64,000 nt of DNA from Lingula anatina (Eukaryota; Animalia; Brachiopoda), in assembly GCA_051362555.1 (NCBI GenBank), contig CM120641.1, forward strand, positions 34,788,401-34,852,400, given 5' to 3'. The stretch's first letter is position 1. Each line of letters starts with the position of its first letter. A program made the position numbers and the translations under genes. The notes beneath the pieces were generated by a model. It made no database searches. It saw nothing but the letters and a program-made list of their open reading frames with translations, and was not told where the DNA came from. Below are positions 11,580-24,773 of this stretch, piece by piece.

Positions 11580-14500
11580 GTAAGTCTAATGGCTTTCAAT
11601 ATTCGAAGCAAAATTCAAATTTGAGCTCAAAAATGCAGCCGCTCATCGAAGAGGAAGATGAATTCCTGTTTCACCGGGCGTGCGGTTACTTGGGGCATTT
11701 TTGTTGTTGTTGTTGTTGTTGTTACATATTTGTGAGAGGGGACCAAAATCGTTCTCCAAGCGGTCGCAGCACGGTGTAAAAGGTGTTTCACACCCAATAT
11801 AGATATTTAGAGCACACTTTACAAACTATGTTTAATTGTTTTAGGGTCCTACATAAAGAAGTTTTTACCAAAGTTTCACTCCTGGAACCATGAATAATAA
11901 AAAATAATTCGTCTCACCCCAAAAAGGAACGTCCGTTACTGTCACAAATGCAAAACGTCCAGATGTGGAAACGTTTTACTCACTGAAACTTCAATCATCA
12001 CTGTTTTTGTTCTTTATCTCCTACAAGCATAACGTTGAAAAAATATGATAATCTTCTACATAGAGCAGTTAATTTTTTTGAGCGACGTAAGTTTGCTTCT
12101 CACCAAATATATAAAAGGGGGTTTCACCCAATGACAGTAAAGAGAGCATTAAACTATTTGCCATTCGTGGTCCAAAATTGTATCAGAAATGTCAAACTAT
12201 CATGGAATCACCATGGAATCGCCATGTATAATTTACCATGACAGAATCACTACAAAATATATCGTAACGCGATACACATGTATAAAAAGTAAAAACGAAA
12301 TTTAAGGATATTTTCACTTTTGCCCAAAACTCCTTAGATACATTCTTTTGGATAATAATTTTAAAATTCTTCAGTATTCAGTGACTAAACTAAATTATTT
12401 AACATTTACACATATGTCATCTTACGGGTGATCTCATAATCACGATTTTGGGGGAAAACCCAAAATCGGTTTCTCAAATTTCTCTTTTACCTAAGCAACC
12501 ACAATTACCGTTTCAACGCCCGATTTAATGACACTAGTTAGATCTTTACAGTACTCCAAAACCCTACAGTACAAACGATTTTTCTTAAAAATCTTAGTTC
12601 AGATTTTATCGTTGATAAAGCAAAATAATGCCTTTGTTTAACAAAAATCTGTATTTAGGGGTTCATAACTCCATTACGAAAACATTTAAACCAAAATTGA
12701 CTGTTGTCTCCAAATGAGTTCTGGTCATGCGGAAAGTCGTACAGCGCAAAGGCCACTCTCTGACCACCTTTGACTAACTTCCCCGCCCGTCATATACACT
12801 GTTACAAAAAAAAAAAAAAAAAAAGAGAAACGCATTTCATAATGGAGTTTCACTTTTGGTCGTATAAAAATTTTAATTGCATGGCCCGGAACATGCGTTA
12901 CCGGAGCATACATTACAATTTAGATTCCTTATATAATGTATAGACATGGTAAAAATTTAATGTAGATGTAAAATTGCGACAGCCGTGGATTTTTGTTCTG
13001 TGCACATATATATTTAAAAAAAATTATATAATTTAAAAATTTTAAAAATTGAATACAATTGCGAATTCATTCAATATTTGGAATTTTATATTAGGTTTGA
13101 GAGTTCAACGGCAGTATTAATTTTGGGCTTGAAACAAATAAAAATATATGGTTTTGTTTATTGGCGCTACCGAGTCCCTTCTTTCATGTTTTAAAAAATA
13201 TATATTTTACATTTAATATGGAATATTTTTTTCCAAAGCATTTTAATCAGTTACTTTGCTGAATGAAAAATTAAAATAAGGATTAAAATCGTGTTTTAAA
13301 AACTATTAATAATCTCCATGATGTCATTGTGAAATCAGTTCATTAACTTAATTCGTCAGTGAAGACGTACGAAAACCATGAAAATTGATTTTTTCGATCT
13401 CCATATTTTCCAAATTATCATCTGTAAAAGAGTTACACTCCCTACAAAGGACCTTCATGTCAGTGTCTAGTCACAGCAACTATCGCTGTTACGCCTGACC
13501 CCATATGGCTTCTACCAGGGCTCTCAAGCGGCTGGCATTCCTTGGGATAGATTTTTAAAGTTTAATCTGGAATAACATTTTAGGCAATGGTCAAAACTTG
13601 TCTAATTTGGCTCACTTTTGTTGAAGGACATGTAGGCCGTTGATTCGACGAGTAATAACCCTCACACATTGTCTGTGTGGTTCAAATATGGCGATTTTGA
13701 TGACTAAGGTAGCTGCTTATTCCCTTGGTTCTGTGAGTTATCTGCTATTAAATGTGCTTTGTGTGAACCAGCAATCTCACCGTGCATATTATACAATGCA
13801 GCGGCGCAACTCACGTAGTAGTCAGTTAATTGGTAGCGACACACCTGACTACACACTTCTCTATACACATATCTTATGTGACATCTGACTTTTTTGAAAA
13901 AAGAACGCATTTTTACCTAGGCATACCTTTGAAACTGAAATATTCCATATTTAATGTCAAGTGATATATATATATCAATGCAACTGCTATATTTCCATCA
14001 ACAAACCAATTTTAGACATCAACAAGTGTTGCAACATACTGTAGTATAGATGTGAGAAATTTATCAAACTTAATGTATGATGTTTTTATAACATCGTGAA
14101 AACTATCAACACAGGCACCAGTTTGGCGGAACTAATATTTTTTTTTTTTGTTTTGATATATCAAAGAGGATTAGTATATATAATTTGGTTTACATAGGTC
14201 GACAGTAATCTGGCAAAACGAGTAGGTTTTATTCGTCGAGGATCAAAGTGCCTTGAGAGTCCTAAACATTTTCTTATGGGTCATTCCACAAAAAGTGAAC
14301 ACTAAGGTCACATCAGTGACGCACACATTTCGTGTAATATTAACATAACTATTTTTTCCATATTGATGGGCACTATAGTATAAAACAGCGACAAAAACGG
14401 GCCAAGGCAAAACTGAACAAATATTACGGAAAATGTGAAAGTCACTGACGTGGCTCAAATGTTCACTTTCCTGTGTAATGACGAAACTACAATTTTAAGG

Positions 14501-17500
14501 ACAGAAAACTTCTATCATGTCAATACATTTCACGTAATCATCTTTTACGGTGAAGTTTATAGCTGATTCCCAATGAATCTATCTGTCTACGTACTGGGGT
14601 AGATCGATCCAACTCCGCGGGGCTCTCGCTGAATGCAATAAGATTAACACGCCCCCTCCTGGTGTTGAGAAGAACGAATACGTTGGAAACAAGAGGAGGC
14701 GTGTTAATCTGTTAAACTGATTACATTCAGCGAGAGTCCCCACGAAGTTGGATCGTTCTACATAGACCGATAGGTTCATTGGGAATAAGCCCTTACCCAC
14801 CACGCTTATTTACATTTTGCCTGAACATTTTTCAACAGCTTTTACTTGCGACTTTGAGACAGACGCTTGCAATCTGTTAGACGCCACTGATGACGATGGC
14901 GATTACTGGGTGCGTTGGAAAGGAGACACGCCAACATCGGGAACTGGACCCAGTGTGGACCACACGCTTGGGACCGCGCAAGGATACTACTACTATTTTG
15001 AAAGCGACAGTGCGGTAAGAGGAGTGTGCACGTGTCCATCTGCAACATTACCCGCATTTCACCGATATTTGGTTTGATTTGATTAAATCATGGGACTGCA
15101 ATAGATATTGTTTAGTCTTGAAGACTGTCAATAATTTTACCTTCATTCAGCTATCTTTGTGACTAAAATATAATTTGATATAAGTAGATGGATTTTTATG
15201 CCAATTGCCCCTACTGCTATTGAATTATCTCTTACAGTTAGACAGTTGGGCGTTTTGTTAACAAACTGGCTTTGAATCTCGACTGTGACATTTCTGGTTT
15301 GAACCATGATATCTGTTTTATAGAAACTGCTTCGCCTTATCGCCATTAAAAAATTGCCTTGTAAATGCTAGTGTCCTTTAAGCAAAATAAAACATTATAT
15401 TACTTATTTCAGGGTAGCGGCCACGCGTCAGCTTTTGAGACCCCATTGTTGACCGTTACTCACTCGTGTTCTATGGTCAAGGTACAATTTTGGTACCACA
15501 CACATACAGTGTATTACGATGATATAACAAATATGGGCGCCTATGTCAACATGGATGGGTCAAAAAGGAATATATTATATTTGTGGAAAATATCGAGAGA
15601 CGAATGGATTATGTTTGAAGCAATTTTCAATGCTACTGCCGATTTCAAGGTAATGTCCCGGGTTGTACTTTCCATCTGTGAGAGTGAGTTGTGTTAAAAT
15701 TAATTGTGGGCCAAAGGAAGGGCACAAATAATCTAAATTTTATTGAAAGTGCAATTATGAGTAAAATCATTACATACTTACAGAAAAAGAAAAAACAAAC
15801 TGCCATAGAGACGTGATATTAAGAGAATGTATCTTTCTATTATTATAACTCAAACTATCTGTTACAATTTTTAGATTGGGTGGTGGCTAGAGTTTGACAG
15901 TTCCAGTTATCCATACGGAGATGGAGCTTTTGATGATATTGTAATTACTCAAGAAGAATGCCCTGCCGGTGAGTAAACACTTGTCATGAGTAGAAAATTA
16001 GAGTAATATCAACTAGAAAAGTAGCCCTCCACAAAGACAGCTCATTTCTCATTTTCAATGAATTAAAGTTTATCAATAGATCAGTGGCTAAAACTAATTG
16101 ATTCCAAGTTAGCCCATTTATGGCCTATCCTGAACATTTTATCAAATTCCGTCCATAACCATGAACTTAATTTTTGCGTTAGGGTGTTTTAAGTTAAAAG
16201 TAGCAAACCAATTTGTACACAATGTAGGTGAAAACAGAACCTCCTTGGGAAATTGTTCACGTTCAACACTACAGCTTCCATATACGTCATATTTGCTCAA
16301 AAATACCAAGATTTATATATTGGGTTTCCTAGCTTCTCTCAATAATAGATTTTTATTACAAGGCCGAAGGCCATCAGTTTATGTAAAACTCGAACTTCAA
16401 AGTAACCTGACGTAAGCTAACCTATATCAGGGATCTCTCTTATGCCTTATAAAGGCAACAGCCCTCATGATTTCCAGCCTTGGGTTTGTGACTTGATGGT
16501 GCCAACGTGAAAATGGTCATTATACCAGTAGAAGGTTTTGCTAAGTATGGTGGCCTGGAAGTGCCATACCATGTGTTTAATTTCAGTTATGTAAATATTA
16601 TGGCTCTTATGTTTAAAACAACACAAACACTAACTGATGTCTTTATCAGAAGTATTGATTTTATTTTTATTAATTTTTCTTGTTTACTTTTCTATGTTGT
16701 ATAATAAATTGTTTTTTTTTAATAAAGGTTATATTTTCTTGCCTTCTGGAGGCAAAAATAATATATTGTTACTTTTTATGAATGAATAGTTTATTTGCAA
16801 GGTTATAGTCATTTTAAAATGCACTTGTTCTGAAATAAATTATTAATAAAATGTTTTTCAGCTGTCACAAGTTTGGCCTGCAATTTTGACAGTGACAGCT
16901 GTGGTTTCATTACTGATGTTGACACAAGCAGTGTCAACCACATGTGGAACTTTTTCAAGGGCAGCACCCCGACTGGTAGCACAGGTCCTTCCAGTGACCA
17001 CACTTCAGGCAGTGGATACTATTATTATGCAGAAACTTCACATCCAGTGAGTCTTTTAAAAGATTGAGAGAACAGTTTCATTAGCTCTGTTTGTACCAAT
17101 TTAAATTATAGTTTTTCTTTTTATAGTTTTTTTTTTTATGATGAGCTTATAACATATGTGGGTATTACCTCCAATATCTCTGTGACTGTCAGTCACTGTC
17201 ATCAGGGAGTAAATGACTAGGGTCATTTCACCTGGAATGAGAATCCAGGTCAATTGCCTGTTACATCCCCCCCCCCCCCCCCCCCCCCCCCCCGGGGCTC
17301 CTCTGCATCCCTCTTGGGCACCATGAGGTGAAAATTCTACCAACAGACCTATGGAGCAGCAATAGGCTCCCCCTTGTCACCAGTCATAGCTAATATCTTC
17401 ATGGAAGGATATGAAATGAAAGCACTCCAAACAACACCCAATCCACCCAGGTTCTGGGGTAGATACCGGTATGTAGATGACACAGGAGTGGTATCCAAGA

Positions 17501-20500
17501 GGACGCATGTGCAGGCACTTTTTGAACACATTAATGCACAACACCAAAGCATACACTTCACAATAGAAGAAGAAGAAGATGGAGGAGGTTCCCTGTCAAT
17601 GCTAGATGTAAAGATGACCAAAGACAAAGAACAGATAAAAACTACAGTGTACAGGGAAGCCACGAACATGGATCACTACTTACAGTGGTCCAACCTTGCA
17701 AAAACTTAATATACCAGCTTCACTTTTCCACCAGTGTGACAAAGAAAAGGATGCAATGGGGGGGGGGGGGGGGGGGGGGGGGGAGGAGGAGGATGTAACA
17801 GTTATAACACAAGGCCAGTGATTAGGGACAATTGACCTGGATTCTCATTCCAGGTGAAATGACCCTAGTCATTTACTCCCTGATGATGGTGACTGACAGT
17901 CACAGAGATATTGGAGGTAATACCCAAATATTTTATAAGCTCTTGATAAAAAGAAAACAATAATTTAAATTTTTAAAAATTGTTTAGTTATGACTCTGAT
18001 TGAAATTGGGGTTTATGTGATTTTATTCCCTGTGTATACTGACATGAAACAACTGCATGTACATGTCCTAAATTAAGGTTAAACATGGGACTCATGAATA
18101 GTGATTATACATTTTTCTTGTTGTCCATGAAATTGTCACATAAATTAAGTGATGTTGTTTTTTTTTATAGCATTTTTGTGGAAACTTTTATAATCTAAAA
18201 CAATTAATATATATTATAATTTGATTCACTTGTTCAAACTTTCATTTCAAGTGGACTCTTTTTGTCCACTTTTTGTTTTTTGCATTTTATCTGTTTGCGC
18301 CCCTGATGAAGCCTCCAGGCCCAACTGAAGGGCAGTATTAAACACTGAAAAAACAGACTAACTTAGTTCATTTTTTTCTCTTTCTATATATGATGTAATG
18401 ATATATAAACAAAATGATTTTTAGCAATCTGGGGACATTGATAGACTTCTGACACCAGTTATATCCAGTGGTCAGGGCAGCTGCTCATTTGTGCTGAATT
18501 TTTGGTACCATGCATATGGTTCCAGCCTAGGCAGACTTGATGTCAAGTATCTTCTAGTGGGAGACAGCACATTACGGGGGCCATTGTGGAGCCATGTCAG
18601 CTCCCCCTCATCCAATAGCTGGAAGGAGATGACAGTTCAATTTTCAAACAACCAACCGTTCCAGGTACGTTTTTGTGGTTGATAAGGAACTGGATTTTAT
18701 TTCACCATGACATGACCATGTTGTTATAAATCGATGGGCAATAGTCACTTAAACTTTGGAATTGCTATAAGAGGAAAAGTTGTGAAATAAGCAGCATAAT
18801 TATACCACCAATGTGTTCACTGCAAGTATTTGATTTCACCTCCAAACCGCAGTGCCTGTGACGCCACCTGTTAGATAGGCCTACAAGTCACTACTATGCG
18901 AGTGCATCACCTAATAAGGGCCATTTGCAACAAGTTACTTCACACAAGCTAGTGCACACTAATTCATTGTGAATGTCCCTTATAGACTACTGAGCTATTT
19001 ACAATGTTGAAATGTCTGTTTTAATAAGAATTTTGTGAAATAAAAATAAAATCACACTGCAGTTTGATACAATCAAGTCAAAAAAATGTATTTGTTTCAG
19101 TTTGTATTTGAAGTGACCCGTGGCAGTAGTTACAGAGGAGATTATGGCATTGATGATGTGACTGTATCAGAGGATTGTCCTTTAAATTTACGTAAGTTGT
19201 TGATTGAGTTAAATATGTTTGAATAGTTTTCAAAAGAAATAAACGGAGGGAGACTAATTTAATTCTCAATTACAGACACTTGCCGTCAGGTTTAAATTAA
19301 GGTCAGTTTGGAAAATGGGCCCAACTATGATTTTTCTTTAGTTGTTATATTTTGTGTTTGTGATTTTTAGCTTTTGCAGAATACACCCTATTGCACCATT
19401 AAAACTGGGATGTTTGCAAAGTGGAAACTGCTGTAATTTAGTTTAATTCTAAACATGCTTAAATGCTGTTTTCAATTACGGGGTAAATTCAAAATTGGGT
19501 TTATTTTTTCATGTTATTAATTCAAACATTTTGTTTTAAACCATTTTTTCATAAATGCTGGAATATCTTAATTTTTTTTAACGATGCTAAGTTGGACATA
19601 AGTTTAATTTTCTATATTATTCAGATGTAAATATATCCTGAGTTTTCTCTTAAATTGCACTGTCTAATATCAATTTTACACAAATATTGGCTGTCACAAA
19701 ATTTCCAATATAACTTTAAAAATGGTTATTTTTGTTAAAAAATACTAGAGTATATGTAGTAAAATTATATGAAAATGTCTATTGAATATTTACAAAGATG
19801 TTAACAAATTGCTCTTCAGCCTGGAGCTGTTCATTTGATGCTGATAAATGTGGCATGATTGACCAAACAGATGATGATGTGGACTGGATCAGAAAAACAG
19901 GAAGCACTTTGTCATCAAGTACGGGTGCCAGCGCAGACCACACCAGTGGGTCAGGACACTACATGTACATTGAGGCATCAGATAGTTCTATGGTAAGGGT
20001 GAAAGTCATGGAATGAAAATGATACCTCAGGTGTAGAACTTACCATCTACCAGGGTGGCAGATTATATAGGGAAAAATGGAAAAAGCCAAAGAGAGCCAA
20101 ATGACTGTCTATTTATCTAAAGACATATCTGTGAATATCGGTGAAAAATCAATCTGTCGCCCTGGTAGAGGGTAGGTAGAACCAGATATGTTCTAACAGT
20201 CTTCCCAATTACCTTTGTTGATCCAATGATCCTCCAGTTTTTACAGTCTTCTAACCAAAAACATTAGATGCCTGTCAATGTTAACCAGAAGACCCATGCG
20301 GCGTACAGCTTCCATCCGCCCCTCTACCTGTTTGGTTTGTAGTCTTGACAAACTGTTGAACCATTGCACCTCAACATACTTGGCGCTGTGCAGTATATTA
20401 AATGAAATAAAAAAAAATAGAAACTGAGGTTATTATCATCACTTATCGGAAGTGTTTTGATCTCGTATTTCTCATGAAAAATATATATGTGATTTTATTA

Positions 20501-23500
20501 CCCTCTGTCACATTGGTCACATTGATTTTTCACTTGATGTCTTCCCACGTGTCTATAGCTAATTCTATGCATTTTTGTGTATTGTGACCCTGTGATGAAA
20601 TAGAAGTGATGACTAGAGGGCACTTGTCATCAAGTCAGTTTTAACTAGTAATAAATAAAATCAATAAAATTAAATTTAATAATTTAATAATAATTAAAAT
20701 TATTCTGACCTTAATTGCTACTTAACAACATATGTAACACATGTTAGTTGTTTGGCAGACTGATTAGGGAAGACAGATGATATAATGAGTGTTTAGCACC
20801 ACCCACTACTAAAACGATGGCTGTGCAACGATAAAATGAAATAACTGCTTCCATTTGTTCAAAAATCACAGAGCAAAAAATTGTGTATGACATTAACTTA
20901 TCACTCAGCTGGTCAGCCTCTGGTAGAGAGAATGATTTTATGAAAAAAATATGTAAGTTATTAACCTTGGTTATTCCAGAGCGATTCTGATAAAGCTCGT
21001 TTGGCCACACCGTACCTGAATAACCCTAGTGGTTGTACTGGAAGAGTGAGTTTTTGGTATCATGCCTATGGAAGTGGTCTAGGTCATCTGAAGGTGTTTT
21101 ACATGAAGGCAGGTGACAGCACATTGTATGGGCCTGTATGGACACACCCAGGGGCTACCGAGTCTCACAACCAATGGAAAACTGGGTCGGTTGAAATTCC
21201 AACTACTTCAGCTTATAAGGTAGGCACTTTCCCTTTGGAAAGGTTGCTTTCAGAAAATGTTGTATGCACTACTAGTTTTTTTGTTTTTTTTTTTTTTTTT
21301 GGTTTTGAAAGATTGTTCTTTTTGAGTGCAGCTGTTTTGAATATTTTATATGGGGTGGCTAAAATGTAATACATTTTCAAGTTCAACTACTTCTATAGTT
21401 TTGAAAATATTGCTATGAAATTTGGGATATTTTAGAAAGATGATGTTTTTAATAAATACTGGAAATTTCATCACTCTACCTTTCTTGGTTTTGACATGCC
21501 CAAAAATTAAAATCTCAAAGTAAAAAATGCCATGCCAGCCTGTGTGACTTCTGGCAGGTGCCAGTGTCTGACGTTTTTGACACCTGTCAATGTGGTTTTG
21601 ATTTGATGATGATATCAAAACTGTTTCTTTTAAATACTTGGAATTTTTCTGCATTGACCAATGATAATGTATAAAAAATCTGTACAAAATTTTAATTCAA
21701 AGGCTTATGAACTGTTTAAGTTATTGAACTTTGAAACAACGTAACATCTTTTTTTATCCACCAGATAATATGCATTACACACCACTGTCAAAAGCATACA
21801 TATATGGTGTATGTGACATTCACTCGATGGTGTAAACTGCAGTAACACTGTGCTGACTTGTGGTGTACATGTCCCAGGCATGAAGTCAGCAATTTCAAAA
21901 GAGGAGTTCTTTTTCTGAAAAAGCGGACCTTTTACCATGAAACCTTCATTGACCCAAATAAAATTTTACTGTGAGGGGACCTTTCCCGGCAAAAGTTTTT
22001 TTTATGTAACCCCCCAAACACCGCTGGCTATGGGCCTGTGTCTATTACATTGATGGCCCTGTGTCTATTATTGCAATTGCATCATCTGTTCACATTAAAA
22101 CAGCTTCCCATTTGCCAAATAGACTGGAAGTTAATTATATTACTGTACATCTGCTGGGCTGTGCCCTTTAAAATCTTGAAAAGTGACAAATTATAATCAA
22201 TGATTAATTGTATGATAGAGTGCTTATTAGAGCATTGTTTAGAATATTTTGCATGAGGATACTTCATGTACCTGGTAGCTGTTAAGAAGCTGGAGCATTC
22301 CTTATCAATCAGAAATAGATATAACCAAATAAAAAGGAAAATTATTGATAGGTTACTGTCATTAATAGCATCTGTTTTCAGTATGTTTTAAAATGATTAT
22401 ATATATATATTTATCTCAAATGTTCATATTCTAAGCTAATATATTTTTTTACAATAGGTAGTGTTTGAAGCATCTAGGGGCACAAGTTCAAAAAGTGATT
22501 ACTGTTTGGATGATATTTCAATAACAGCAGGTCGCTGTGGTGGATGGTGTAGGTATTTTTATTCAGTAACACCTAGCATATCTCTGTTTAGAAGCTCCCT
22601 CGTTTCTTTTCTTAGGGAGTGGTGGGAAGTAAAAGCAAAAAGATTGTTATATTGAGTTCATTATATAAAATGTCAGAGTTTAAAAATCTTTTTTGATACT
22701 GTAAATTGAATCATGAAAATTCTAATAAAATATAACAGATGTTATTTGTTCTAAATCATGGAGGATTTTTTACAGGGTTTAACTGCGATTTTGAACAAGA
22801 TGAGTGTGGCCTGGTGCAGTCTACAGCAGACAATGGAGACTGGACGAGACACACAGGTTCTACAAGTACATCCAGCACTGGACCATCAGGTGACCACACC
22901 ACAGGCTCTGGATACTACATGTACATGGAGGCAAATTCTATGGTGAGTGAACATGTACCAGTATATATGGTAGCCAAATAGTAAGACTAGGATTAGCAGG
23001 TATAAATGTGATTTGTGTACAGGTGTGTGCATGCCATCGTCTTTATGCATTTTTAAATTTTATAAGTAGGTTTGTTTGATTTTAAAAAGGATCCTTGTAA
23101 AAATCAGTATGATTAGATTAATTTTATAGAATTTATATAATAATTATTTTAGTTAATATTGCAGCAATGTTTTTATTTATTTATTTTTTAAATTTATTAT
23201 TATTATTATTTTTTTTTTTTTTATTTATTTTTTTTTTGCATTTTTGTGTCCATATGTTTTATGAGCTTTGTTGTGTAGTTTTTTATGAGGTTAGAATTGA
23301 ATAATTTTCCTTGGGGTAATGTTAAACCTGTTCTATATGTATTTTTAGGCAAACAATGAGTATGTCATCCTGGAGACCCCACTGTTTCCAGTACTCAACA
23401 CACAGTGTACCACTGTCACTGTGAATCTTTGGTACCATGCATTGGGAAATAAGTGGAGGTCATTCATGGTGTCCTATGTGGATTCCATTGGAAGTTACAC

Positions 23501-23633
23501 ACTGTTTCATATCAAAGAATTGGAGAAAGATTTTTGGCGTTTTGTTACCTCCACTTTTAAGCCCAGTGTGAATTTTAAGGTATTTTTCATTTTAAATATT
23601 GCTGGATGCAAAAATGAAAATTGGTCATAGGGT

Positions 23634-23691
<58 letters not shown>

Positions 23692-24724
23692 ATTGAGTGA
23701 GAGAGAGAGTATCTATTCTTAATGGGGGCTGTTGGAAAGCTATAAACATTTGTCATGCTATACCAGTATACACTAAATTTAGAGATTTGGGTTAATCATA
23801 TAAAGTACTTGTGATACTAGTATAATGAGAAGTTCCCTTGACACGAGTTGAAGAAAGCTTTACTTAAAGTAATGCACAAGTCAAACTGAAAAAAAACTTT
23901 AGGGTACAGTTGTATCAATATTTCTTGGGGGCATTTTTTTCTACAGATACAGTTTTATGCTGAAAGAAAGAATGGTGATGCAGCAGACATTGCAATTGAT
24001 GACATTTCTATATCACAAGCTGATTGTGCAGTGAACACTGGTAAGTTTTTTTTTATTATTGGGCCTGATTGTATGTTATATGTACCATATATCCTGTCTA
24101 ATTTGCTAAAATTTTGCAATATATCCATGTTCATGTTAAAAAATTCACTGAGTGTAATAAATATTAACTGTATGAATTTAATCTGAAGGTTCATTGGTCT
24201 GAAAAATGGTAACATTTTCATTGGTTTTTTAATCAAGGCTTCATTGGTCTGAAGGTTCTTTAGACTATTGAACCTTTGGGCTATTGATAGGGTCTTGACT
24301 TTAGAGGTACACTGTATGATAAATACAGGTACTGGTGTGAATTTAGTGCAAACACAACAAGCAAAACTAAGAGACCATTCCCAGAGACTATCGTGCTAAC
24401 TTTGGATTGAACTATATTATCTCCAAGGGGATTCTCACTTAATTGAAGCCAAGGTATTTATCTTGATAAATAACCTTTTTAATTTTTTTTTACTTTAATT
24501 AAATTCATTTTTCAGCTCATGAGTTGTCACAAGCATCTCCATACCAGTGTACATTTGATGATGGCACTTGTCAGTTTGTACAAGATGGACACTCTGATGA
24601 TAACTTTGACTGGTATCTCAACACCCAGGACACAGATAAATCAAATACAGGCCCCAGTCAGGATCACACTTCAGGAATTGGATATTACTATTATGTCAAC
24701 ACAAAGCTGAATGATGTAACTATG

Positions 24725-24773
<49 letters not shown>

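Noticed and set aside
12229-13080. Similarity between intron 1 and 48639-48810 as evidence of a third gene copy
   Set aside because: No exon homology nearby; better explained as a dispersed repeat.
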